Shown: piece after piece, positions 1 through 11,848 of the stretch
How the letters are laid out: the number at the start of each line of letters is the position of its first letter
Numbering within the stretch: the stretch's first letter is position 1
Source: Phallusia mammillata
Taxonomy: Eukaryota
Reading direction: 5' to 3'
Length of the DNA: 64,000 nucleotides
NCBI GenBank assembly: GCA_965637545.1
Contig: OZ281501.1
Span: 17,794,001 to 17,858,000, forward strand
Program-made: the position numbers and the translations under genes
The notes under the pieces: generated by a model
What the model was told of the DNA's origin: nothing
Databases searched by the model: none
Seen by the model: the letters and a program-made list of their open reading frames with translations, nothing else

Positions 1-86
1 TGATTTAGTTTCAGCTACAACATTATAATAATTGATTTTGCTTAATTTTTTTTATAAAGTTCAAAATTAAATTGATCGATTCTTAC

Positions 87-3000
87 GAAAGTAAAGTTTT
101 TCCTGTCCATGGAATTGTATTCGCAAAATGTCCTCAATCTGTCCCCTTTCCTGATAACAATGTCAGCGTCCAAGTAGTGAAGATGATCGTTAAAATCATC
201 TGCAAGTTGATTAGTCAAATATAGCAGTTCCTGATCACCCCTGAAAAATTGTTCTCACTATTTTCACTCGTATACAGGTTGATAACATAAACCATTGAAA
301 AATACAATTGGGTTCCAAATGTTTTGTTGTATATAACAAAAACACACCATTTTTTTAGAAATTAAAGACATGCAATCGTTGTGACTTTAAATCATACTTG
401 CATGTTAATGTTTTGTCTGAAGTATTTTATATAAATTGCACAACATGAACCAATTTAATGTTACTGTTTTTTTTTCTGCACTACAACCGAAAACATGAAA
501 CACTAATCTCACCTATAATGGCGAAGTGTTATATTCTGTCCAAGAGAATGTGTATGTGACATAACAGCTATAACCCGAAGCTCTTCCACATTAGAGTCCT
601 CCATTGCCTGTAAAAGTGGAGTGATTTAAAATTTATTTGAGATAGCGAGAAAAATAAAGTCAATACTTTTTGTTGGATTTAATGTAAAAGCTTTGTAACT
701 GTAACATACTCATTCAGGTTCGTAAACAATATTCTGTTCACAAATGATGCTTGTTGCTACTTTATAGTTATTTTGGCAAGTTATAATGAACAAACAAGTC
801 ATGATTCGACATCACGACAAAGTCGCCTTAAACCCAGGTCACAAAAAAACCTATCATTGCCTGTTACAAACACAAGTAAATAAGTGTTAAGTATAACAAT
901 TGTTATTCCAGCAGAATTTATTGTAAAATAACCGAGGTTTTGATGTCCCATATGAAACGCCTTCATCAAGGTAATGACACATTGTGCTTGGAATAATATA
1001 GGACCAAAAAGCAAATTAGTGGAAGTAAAAAAAAGACCAAAACGGAAATTGTGGGAAGTTCTTGTAAGACATACGTATGTTAAGGCAGCATATACCTATG
1101 TTAGGATGTGCTTACTGACACCGCGCACTGAATAAACTTCTTTTTTTGGTTATGTGGATTTGAAATTGATTTGAAAGGTCATTTTTTGTTTCAAAAAGAT
1201 GTTGGATTATCTTATGGCAGACCAAGATATTTGCGTCCAGTTTCTACTTGCTAGTTTATTTGGTATCAGTAAACATACTGACGGCCTATGGCAGAATAAG
1301 AGCCTATGATGCGGCCAGCAATAGCGAAATGGTTGTACATCCTGCTATATCATATCGCATACCGTGTTTGCTATATGAAAGGTGACATCAGCATTTACAC
1401 AAGCGCTGGTCCGCTTTAAGGTCGAGTCAGCGTAATTTGCATGACGCAGCAAAATGAGCAGTAACCTTCAGAAACGTGAAACACTTACATCTGTAATGCA
1501 TTTCTGGCTGCAATATCCACCGATGGGAAAGGATGGCGCCCCTGGTGGAATTATCATGGTCAGTTCGCTTATGAGATGTCCAGTGCTGAACATGCCAGCG
1601 TCGTATTTACGAAGCTCACTTGTGTAAGTGATCAGCAAACCAGAGTCGTCCACGATACCTGGCCGAAAACATCAAATGATGATTTAGTTTTGGTCCACTG
1701 TAGATTTAAATTGTGCATTTTATAGCGTCAAAAGATTTCATGGTGAAACAGTAAAAGGTGGTTGATTAAATTGTCAAATGATGCAAGCGTCAGTTACCAA
1801 ATACGAATCCGTTTATTCTCCGATAAACAGAAGTTGGAACAGATAATTCTTTGGCCAATTTTAAATATAAGTTATTGCTGAAACGTTCAACAACAAGATT
1901 GTCAATTTCTTCTATTTAATTTACTTCAATAAGTCATAACACACAAAGGATGCAAAGAAATTTTACGAATACTTAAAGTTGCAAGCGCATAAAAGCCTAA
2001 GAACCACTGGGTTAGAGGAATCGAAGCTTTCATTAATCCGGTACAGTAGAGTCACCTGCATGTTTTTCGTGATTATCGAAATGAATTTCCAATAGTAAAT
2101 ATTTTGGATCTCCGGCTTCACCGAACGGGAAACCGACTTCGGTTGGAAATTGATTTGCCTAAAAATATTCGAACAAAGATTTATTCGCAAAACATAAACA
2201 AACCATGCACACAGTAGTAGATCTTTCTTTATTAATCAAATATCCTATTAAGTTTTTGAATTTATTACCGCTTTTATATAGTTGCTATATATATTTTTAC
2301 TGGCACTGACGATGCTAATAAAAGCGAAATGCATTGGTTTTGTGTAATAATAAAAAACAGCGACAGATTTAGTGTTTTCGCCTTCAAACTATACAGTAAA
2401 TTTCCTGCAAACGATACAGTAAAGAAAACTCAAACTGCAAATTATGATAAGTGTGACATCGTCGACTATATTTTAACACATAATTACTCCAGGCAGCTAC
2501 AAAGTACTTTTAGAACCTTATTCAAATAGAGTCGACAGAAAAAGAAAGTTATTTAATTTGAGGAACATACCATTTCTAACATATTTTTGTTTGCAAACAA
2601 TTGCGGAAGTCGTGGGTTCGAAGGTACATAAATAACAAGAAAAGATACACAACAGGACGTACCGCGTTTCCTTGATCCCACACAAAAAGAGGTTGAACAC
2701 AATTAGCATGATCTATCGGTGCAGTTGAACTATAACATTCGCCACTCTGGTTCACCAACGCACCCGCCTAAAACAGATAAAATACTAACTGCACAGTTAG
2801 TAAACAGGCCCACATGCTGGTTAAAATCTGCTGTGTTTTTTAATGGTTTTAAGCAACCATTATCATATATCGAGGGTTTTCAATACTTGTACTTTAAACC
2901 AGTGATGGTATTCAAATTTTTTTGTCAGCCGGTTCTATCACAAAACTCTTATTTTTAGCTGGTTCTGTTACAAAAAGTCCGTTGACAGTTGCCAGTAATG

Positions 3001-6000
3001 CCAACCGGTTCTCTGATCTTATAAATTTTCGTGAAACGGTTCTATAGAACCGGTGCAAACCGGCTGAATCCCAACACTGCTTTAAACTCAAAAGACTAAA
3101 ACTTTTGAAATCTGTCAGCTCGTTGCTTGGTGGATGAACACTATAATAAAGTTCAAGAAAAACATTCAGCCATTGGTCATTAAAATTGTGTTTTTAACAA
3201 TCTAGATCTGTGCATTCAGTGTTCTAGTTTAATTTTTCAAACTTACTGGTAGTGGGTGAGCGCACTGATTAATAACCATGTGATGAACAAGTGCTTCGTT
3301 GCCCGATTGTATGACAGCTTCAATCTGAAAAGAAGAAAAAAATTGTAAACCGAAAAATTCGAGCATCAAAAACAGAACAGCTTACTTTTTAATGACAAAA
3401 ATAACGGACCAAACAAAAAGTGACTTGCTTTATCGTTTAAACGTTTTAGTGAACGGTCGTGCACATATATGATCATTCTACTGTTTTAGGTAAAGTGTAT
3501 AACCTTTTGAGTAGAGTGGGGTTCTAAACAATGTGTTCCGTGGCACCCGTAGGGGTAAGATGCCCTAAATCAGGGGGAATATAGACTCTATTGGGCATAT
3601 TGTCAAACTTTTACGTGACTCAAGTGCATACCCTTCATATCCCTGATGATGGCAAAAACATTTCCCGAAACGCATGAACAATAAAGTATGTCGCTTTTTA
3701 CTGGGGTCGTTATAGTTATCATAAAACTTTTAAACAGATTATCAACTGATGTGTATAGTGTTCAAAAAAAAAACTTTTTTAAACGGTAAGTGGAGTTTGC
3801 TTTGGTATTCAGCAATTACTAAGCAAGTGACTTATTTTAAAGTGCTTTTGTGGATTTGGTAGGACCTATTCATATTTTTCATCTTTAACGTTGTACGAAA
3901 CTTTTACAGATATTAACCGTTTGTTGACAAGAAACACAGCATAATTTTCACTGAACACAAAATACTTGTTTTGTTTTTCTTGATGAATTCATAAAATTTA
4001 AACAGACGAAACTCGAATCACTGACAGATACAGATCATTTTTGTGTCTGTTTAGGCGAAAAATGCCTTGGCACATTAAGTCTTACCCTGACAATGTGATG
4101 TTTTTCAGACACGTCGGGCATCGGCACCAAGCGACAGAAATAGAAAGTTTCTTGTGGTGGTAGGGTAACTCCTCCACTGGTCACTCGAAACTTTTGATGT
4201 TGTTCACCAGGAGGAAAGGCAGTTTTCTCCACATTTAAATGACCAAGCAAGTTGATGTCCCTTTTTCCTAAACCACAGTAAATCTCTGTTAATCCGGACC
4301 CGTTTGGACCAAAAAAATTATCCGGATTAGAAGAAGAACAGGACCAACCGACGTTTATTAGTTAAAGCATTACCATTTTAGAAATCGTTTGTAACTCAAG
4401 TTTTGTCCGAATTGGGCAAGGATTTGGATTAGCTGAATCCAGTTTAAGAGAGGTTTTATGTATATCAGTGGAACAACACACATATCACATTGAACTACAC
4501 ATGTAAGTCGTGCTTTAAGCTAACCAGTCCTGTTATTTTTAGCTTTACTTTTGTAAAAAATCTTTAATAAATCTTTAAATAAACACGCCTTGACGTTTGG
4601 TTGCTTAGTAAAGCAGTTTTTGAAATTAAAAAATGACTTACATCATATTATACAACACACGTTTGCACCTCCCCTGCTAAGTAACTTGGTTGTGCAACTG
4701 GTGTTGTATTTCAATTTGAGGTTTAAATTACCTTTAAAAGTGTGTTTATCTGAAGGTTTCAGTTCATTTCCAACCGGATCCTCCTTCGCCCAAGCGTAAA
4801 TAAACTGCATTGTGGTTCTCTACAAATGAAAAAAAAACATTTCAACAAAAAAAAGTTTTATAGACATTTTTTGTTTTTTATTGTCGCCTGTTTATTTAAC
4901 TGTTTATAACAGTGGTGGCTAACCTATGGCGCATGCGACAAACGTGGCGCATTGCATGATTAGAAAGGGCGCATTGCCTTCTTTTGATAATCATGAAAAT
5001 CAAATTAATAAACTAATAAATAAATAAAGTAAGCCACCCCTATTAATTATATATATACATATATATATTCATGCACAACATTATTCAAACATATCTTTAT
5101 TTCCACTATTCTTCTTGCAGTTAAAAATTAAAAAAAATATATAATCACCAGTCAACACATTTTTTGTCAGTTTACAATTGCGGCTCGTTCCGGTCAAAGT
5201 ATATATAAAACACAAGTAGCCCAACCCATTGTTACGCGATAGAGCCTCATGGACGCCGTCTTGTGTCCAAATTGATACAGCAGGTATAGGGAAAAATACA
5301 TAAATATGGCGCATCCAACACAGTATGTTAAAAAGTTGGCGAATGGTATGTAGAAGGTTGGCCAACCCTGGTTTATAACATACATATATTCACAAGGTTA
5401 TCCAGACTTGGAAATAAAAATTCTACAGTAGCTGCATGTAACAAGTAGACTTTATTATAGTCAGAAACTGTCCAACGTTTACAACGAAAGATAAAACTCA
5501 ATTAAGAAATAATATCAATTCTGGTATCTTTTCATTGCTAATATAAGTGCCAACAGAAATAAAAAAATAAGCATCGCTTGTAGTTCACCAATGTTAAATC
5601 ACAAAACAAGTCCTAAAATATCCAAAAAGAAATTTTTAACACGTTTTTTTTATTATATGAGAAATAATTTATCTACAAATTTGTTTTTCTGACCGTAATT
5701 TGCAGATCATCATCGATGCAAGTGTCGATTGTTCTTCGGAACTTGAGCACTGTCCAACCCCCCTCACCTTCTTTCGCCAGCAAAAGTTCAACATTCTGAA
5801 CTTTGTCAAGAGGAGGGAATTCGTTTCCCACTCCGTGACGGTCCTGAAAAGTTTGTTGAACACGAAATCGTGAAAGTGAGAACAAAAAAGCTTATGATTT
5901 GCTGTGAATTTTAACAACAAAAATAAAACCGTTGCATATGTAAAGGTAACTACACTAGCCCATACGGCAAATGTCGTGTCACCAGCTGCACTGATGAGAT

Positions 6001-6625
6001 CTTATAAGTCAGTAGCTTGCTGATCATACAATGTCTCCATGCTTTGAAATTTAGAACAGCGGTTTACAACATTTTGCAACGGTCCGAGGAACCTTCAGTA
6101 AAATCTAAACATTTGACAAATGATCCTTCTCTTTGACTAAAATACATTCAGGGGCCTATTACAAGCAGGGCTACAAATTGGAACTATTTTAAGCATAAAT
6201 CGCGCGAAAATATGAAAACAACACCAAATGAGCAACAAAATGACGCCTTAAACCAGCATCATCATACCGAAGTAAAACATTATTTCAACTCACCGTAATA
6301 ATCCCCCTTCCGTCTTTCACCCACCCCACATAAATATCAGCCCCCTTCATGGTCCCAGTGGGGGAAATACCTAAACCAATCCATCCAGTCGACTTGACGT
6401 GCAGCTGCAAAACAAAATATATTATTTTTGACAACAACAAATGTCATTGATGACGTCACAAACCTCCATTGTGATGTAAGTATCATCATAGTTCCAGTAC
6501 AAAGTAGCGTGACCTCCATGGTCGAGTTCTTGTTGGTATGGGTATTGCTGGGTGGGAGGGAATTTACTAGATACCCTTCGCAATGAGGCGAGCACAAATA
6601 TAATTATCGCTGCTCTGGTTAACAT
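87..6625 (-). CDS. MOXD1: DBH-like copper type II monooxygenase (MOXD1/DBH family), N-terminal DOMON domain; 3' end lies beyond the left window edge
   Basis: Hand-assembled GT-AG exons with consistent phases: 6464-6625, 6294-6404, 5694-5843, 4732-4819, 4086-4267, 3247-3324, 2663-2767, 2056-2158, 1489-1658, 513-607, 87-240 (466 codons). Signal peptide MLTRAAIIIFVLASL. DOMON motifs LYWNY, GWIGLGISPTGTMKGADIYVGWV, LKFRR. Copper ligands LVHHMV, LEIHFDN and MSHTHSLG; YDAG motif. The EMC exon is off-window. Exact orthology (MOXD1 vs DBH/TBH) is not resolvable by eye. Confidence 0.92.
2517..2530 (-). other. Spliced-leader-like sequence followed by a GT dinucleotide
   Basis: Minus strand TCTATTTGAATAAG|GTTCT: last 14 of the 16 nt of the Ciona SL (ATTCTATTTGAATAAG, recalled from literature). 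Confidence 0.45.
2900..3079. mobile_element. hAT-type MITE with perfect 8-bp TSD
   Basis: TIRs CAGTGATGGTATTC / GAATCCCAACACTG; TSD CTTTAAAC on both sides. Same family at 60429-60574 and, inverted, at about 17343-17508. Confidence 0.9.
3630..3770 (+). repeat. Dispersed repeat carrying a hammerhead-like core, family 2
   Basis: TTCATATCC-CTGATGA-T-GGCAAAAACATTTCCC-GAAACGCATGAACAATAAAGTATGTCGC..TATAGTGTTC; homologous to 12925-13055. Confidence 0.65.
4276..4460. mobile_element. pogo/Tigger-like (Tc1-mariner) MITE
   Basis: Ends CAGTAAATCTCTGTTAATCCGG and TCCAGTTTAAGAGAGGTTTTATG followed by TA; internal TCCGGA repeats. Confidence 0.6.
4910..5370. mobile_element. hAT-type MITE with perfect 8-bp TSD
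   Basis: TIRs CAGTGGTGGCTAACCT / AGGTTGGCCAACCCTG; TSD GTTTATAA on both sides. Confidence 0.88.
5958..6020 (+). repeat. Dispersed repeat with CTGATGA core, family 3
   Basis: CCCATACGGCAAATGTCGTGTCACCAGCTGCACTGATGAGA matches the minus strand of 24960-25001 (CCTATGTGGTCAATGTCTTGTCACCAGCTGCACTGATGAGA). Confidence 0.6.
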
Positions 6626-7820
6626 AATGACCAGAGAACTTACTTATTTTTAAGCAATTAACACTAACTACTTTTGGATTATAAAAAAAATCAGGAAAAT
6701 TATATTATTTTTTATTTTAACGTAACTGTATTAAATTTAGTAATTTTTTAAACTGCGTGAAATTTCTAAAGTAATACTACATTGGTATTTTAATAAAAAA
6801 TATGTGTGTTAACCTAGCATCATGAAATGTCCTGACATTAAACTGTTACGGTGATATTTCGTATCTAGGCTGTGCACTGCAACTGGGCGAGCTACTGTCC
6901 TTTTCGGCATAAACTGTGGCTTTTTATACTCAAGCGACAGAATTAAACGCTGACCAAATGCCTATACTGTGCGCGTCAACAAATTTAAAAGCATTGGTGC
7001 CGCTGTTTCAAAAGCGTCATGAAAAATTTATTTTTTAAATTAAAAAAAATCCAAAAATGAACAAAATCAGAAAAAATTGTGCTATTTTATTCCTCTTTGT
7101 TAAAAATACATTTTCTTCCATCTTTATTCAGTCCTTTAACGATTTCCAGGCTTAGTTGATCAAGCCTTTGACCAGGCTTAGTTGACCAACACTGATATAA
7201 CAAGTGAAGCTTACCACAAGTATTTAAACTCGTCCCACACCTGACCGCAGGTTATTGTTTACAAACCTATAGCTTCAAACTTGATACGATATGACTGGGG
7301 GGCGTAAAAATCGCAAAATTCGTGTTCCTTCCCTTTCACTGAGCTTTGCTATTACCACCAACTAAGGCATGATTATCATTTCTACGCAATTGCACTTTAA
7401 GTCAACGAGAAAAAATCAAAATACGTGGGTTTGACTGCGCGAATAGAATTAAAAGTGTTCTTCGTGGTACAGCAATTTAAAGAGATAGAATTACACTTAA
7501 TGCGAAAAGCCCAATTATGAAAGTGAAGGCTTGTTGTTAAAAAAACAATAGAATTGAATTTCGGGCACACTTTTCATAGCTACATTTGTTGTATCATGTA
7601 GTCACTGTAGTGTGTCGTGCAACCTTAATTCTGTTTGGTTTGGAAAGTTCTACAAAGAAGTGTCGTTATAATTTTCTGGTGTTTCCGATGCAACGAAACT
7701 AGCGCAGTTTGTTGTGAAATAATAAGACAAGTTTTGCGCAACGTATACCGAAATATTTCATACCCTTGGGCCTTGGCTAAATATTTATGCAAAGCATAGG
7801 CAAAAAATTACCCTATAGGC

Positions 7821-8160
7821 CAGTGGTTCTCAACCTTTCGTGTACCGTGGCCCCCTAAAAGTAACTTATGGGCGTCGTGGCCCCCTTCAAGTAACCCGGT
7901 AGGACCTGTGGCCCCCTTAAAAGTGTAAATGGCAATCTCATGTTGGAATTCGCTACTACTTCTGGCTTTAAAAAGGTCGAACAGATTAAACAAGAATCCG
8001 TAATCGTGAAAAATCTCAATATAGACAAATAGTATGTGACATAGTAGATTAAATTAGGGAATAAAGTTAAAAAGAAAATGGCTTTTCGTGGGTGTTTCTG
8101 GTGACTCTACACCTGTGCCCCCCCGGAACACAGCTCGTGGCCCCTGGTTGAGAACCACTG
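7821..8160. mobile_element. hAT-Charlie-type MITE
   Basis: Perfect 15-bp TIR CAGTGGTTCTCAACC; subterminal GTGGCCCC repeats; TSD CTATAGGC/CCCTAGGC (6/8). Confidence 0.88.
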
Positions 8161-11100
8161 CCCTAGGCCTATAGTCAATAAGAATTACTTCTCTTTAGTA
8201 AGAGGTCTGTATTCTTGTGATGGTTTTTTAACATTTTTGTGGTAATTTAGTCCATTTTTTGTTCTTACCAAGTTTAGTTTATGTTTCGTATTATAGCGAT
8301 ATAACCAGTTATTTAATCTCACGTTTTCGTTATACTTGTTTTAAAAGGTTTTCTTTAGAAATACAACGGTAAAAAGCTTAATATTTATGGGCCAGAATTC
8401 ATGTAAAACATTTGATAAATTATGCATATGTTTTGAATGATACCAAGCAGATAGATTTTTATCCTGTCAGAACTCGAAGCGACCTATCGCACTTCGTTGC
8501 TCTAAGCCAGTAATATTCCAGCGACGACTTTATCGACCCGATGTTTACGTGTTAAAGGTCAAAAGGGGTCATGAAAATAATTACAGTGCACCCCGATAGA
8601 ATCTGCTTCGTCTTAATCAGTTCACAACTGAAACTGATACTGACAGGTTTCTTGATTAGCCGGAAAATAATGTGATTTGACTTCGGGCGTTTTGAAAGCG
8701 GTTCTTGTTTTGAACGAGGCTTTTTCATTCAACGCTGCCACATTAATTCAACTTAAACGCGATTATCATTAAAAACACTATGTCTTAGCAATATAGCAAG
8801 TGTTTAGTTTCCTAGGAGGGTGTTATCAAAGTAAGGCCAGTCTTTAAAGATTTGGTTCGGGCTCAAGTTATAACAAAACGAGATTGATTCGGGCCTGACA
8901 TCATACTTGGCCATATTTGTACCTCAATTACACCAACTTTTGGGCCTGTTTCGGACTTATAATAATTAAATACTATTGGGTAACCACAATACAAAGCTTT
9001 GAAAGGACAGATGCCAAATGGGTGGTATACACTTTGGGTGGACTCATCTATACTTACATGGCGTATAGTTAAGGTACCATGTTATAACGCCTGAAAATAT
9101 ATGTTTGTATACGTATGTACGAGATTGAATAGGACAGGTTTACATGCATGACATTTCGTTGTGTTTTTCCATGAAAAATCACATCACGCCACATCATTTG
9201 CATGAAACAAGAACGTCGTTATAGTGCGGATAAGCAGATGGTATTGTTTCGCATAAACATCTTTCGGAGAATGAGAGCACGGTAAATTGACGTACGCAAC
9301 TGAAGCGTTTCAAAAATTCTTTGTATTCTTATGTTTCGGCAATTATCTGTTAATTTTACACAAAACGAAGACAATGAGATGATTTTCGAAGCGCCATTCA
9401 CTTTTTTCAAGAGCAACCAAGAGGTAAACGAGTCAAAAAGGGTAAAAATATTTGTGTTTAAGGTGTTATTAGTAATGAAAACAATTTCAAGTTGAAATAA
9501 TGGAGTCATTGTTGGTACAATAATCATTTATTATGCGGCAACAATAGCCGGCAACGACAGCTAGCATCACAAACGTTTGCTGATATATAAAAAGAAAGCA
9601 ACGTATCACATGTAAACAGCCCTTGTGCTGCTGCAAGCGGGTGTGTTTGATTGAAACTTGAAATACGCGATATAAGTACACGATGCATCGCAAAAAGTAA
9701 GAGCTTTATCGGGAGACGACAGTTAATTAGAAGGACGTGGTACAAAAATAATGCATGCATCTCTTGTGTGTGTATGGGGTAAAATCTGGGGTCAACACAA
9801 TGACACAATAGTAAACGTTCAACCTCGCAAACACGTTATAAACGATTCTGGTTTTTCGCATACTCCGGTTTGTTGCATAATAGTCAACTTCAAGTATTTT
9901 ATTTGTTAAGAAAATAGTTTAGTTTTGTTACATTCCGGTTAATGACATAAAAAGCTTGACAATTTGGATATGCGACTAACCAGAAATCTGTATTTAACTA
10001 AACAACTTAGATCAGACTTGACAAATATAAGTATGAGTACAGCCCTGTTCCAAAGCGTGTTAAGCAGTTTGCCAAAAAAATGTCACTGCAAAATATATAT
10101 TATCAACAAAACGTTTTTAGCGCAGCTATAACACTGAAATATGCCGAGCATTGATATAGTTTCATGTTTTACCGGGTGAGTGCTGAAATGTGTTTATTAA
10201 TTTATCTTATTTTATACATTAAACTGGGTGATAGGTAAGATGGAATCTTTAACGTATTAATTTGTCGGTCTCGTTTTAAGGACTACTAAATACAGTTGTT
10301 TAAACAAGCAAAACTAATCAATGCAAAAACATTTATGACAAAAAAGAAGAGGGCCTGAAACTAGATTAGATCTTTACTTCGTTTAGTTTGTTACAGTAGA
10401 GTTTAAAAATAGGCGGCCCGTTATTTTGAACTCGCATCAAACCACAATAACGAACTACAAAATACATTATTTGTTCGATCTCTCCTTTAGCACAAGAAAA
10501 GTTCACAGTTGTGTAAAGTTTTCAAAACATCGCATTGGCAAAAAGATTTAGCACCATACAAAGTTTTTACCAAGTAAGAGCTTTTGTGGTACCGACTTTA
10601 CAAGCACAAGTAGAACTTACGCAAAACCATAGAAAAGCGCCAGTGATTTATGTTGTACGGTGAATTATAGAATGCCTTATGTGCGATAACGTGCAAAAAA
10701 TGGTGTTTTATGGATATGCAAACATAGCACCAAAAGTTTTGAAGCATTTTATGCAAAATCGTTGCACTTTATACAATATGGTTTTCGTTGATGTAACAGT
10801 TTATAATTTGTACAGTTCTAATGTAAAGGCGTTTTATTTTTATCAACAGAGCATTAAGGAAAATGTTTAACCATAATTGGAAACTAATGAGTTAAAAGTG
10901 AAAAACTCTATTTATTTTGGTGATTTTTGGTGATTACTAATTTAATCTGAAATTTATCCCCATAATATTAAGTTTAGTTTCACAATATCATTCAAAATAT
11001 TTCTTTAAGCAAACGAAAATTAAGTTGTTTATGTGATAATCGTTGAGATTTTAAACCTTATAAAGTAAGTTTAGTGGAAAAATTTGGGTGCTTTATATGC

Positions 11101-11848
11101 AACTTTACTTTATAAGTGAGAAAAAAAACAGAAAAGCAAAACTTCGATTTGGAGTAACGATGGATTGGCAAAATACAATGAAAATTTGTTACAAATAATT
11201 TTGAACCACAAAAAAATCGTACCGTACGTAATTTTGATAAAAAAAATCAATATTTTAGTTCGCTAAAACATCAATTACTCACTTGATTTTGTAGAAAAAT
11301 AAAGGGTTGGTTTGAAACCATCTTTAACAGTGGTTTCAACAGAGTAAGTTCGGTTTGATAGGAAAACATAGTTATACGTTTTAGAGCCGTAATACCACAA
11401 TCATCAAATATCGGCATAAAGCGATTTAAAAAATGCTAAATTTGATTAAAAGCAACATGAAAGAAATAACTGCCATAAACGAATATTTATAGGGGCTTTC
11501 TCTGACAAGACGTATAGTTTTAGAAGTAAGTTATTTGAGAATAGAGAAAAACTGGATATTATTTAGTTAATCTTTACTTAGAATTCCTTTTAAATTTTTG
11601 AAGAATTTTTTGAGTTAAACCAGCAGATTCGATTATTTGACTTTCTTTTGTCATAATTTTTTGTCTTGATCCAACTTTTTAAACAATTTGTTTCTTCCAA
11701 GTAAAAAATCCAAAAATTCTCAAATATTACTAACTTTTGTTCTTCTGCATACAACAAAACGCAGTCAATCAGCACAAAGCAAAACGCCTTAATTTAAAGC
11801 GAAAACAGTAGTAGGGCAGTGTAATGGACGGATATAATCAAGCCCAAT

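Noticed and set aside
799-1014. 71-aa minus-strand ORF as a MOXD1 exon
   Set aside because: Exons 1489-1658 and 513-607 join directly in phase with family-consistent sequence; this ORF has no monooxygenase motif.
9219-9808. Overlapping minus-strand ORFs upstream of MOXD1
   Set aside because: Low-complexity AT-rich translations without motifs or consistent splice sites.
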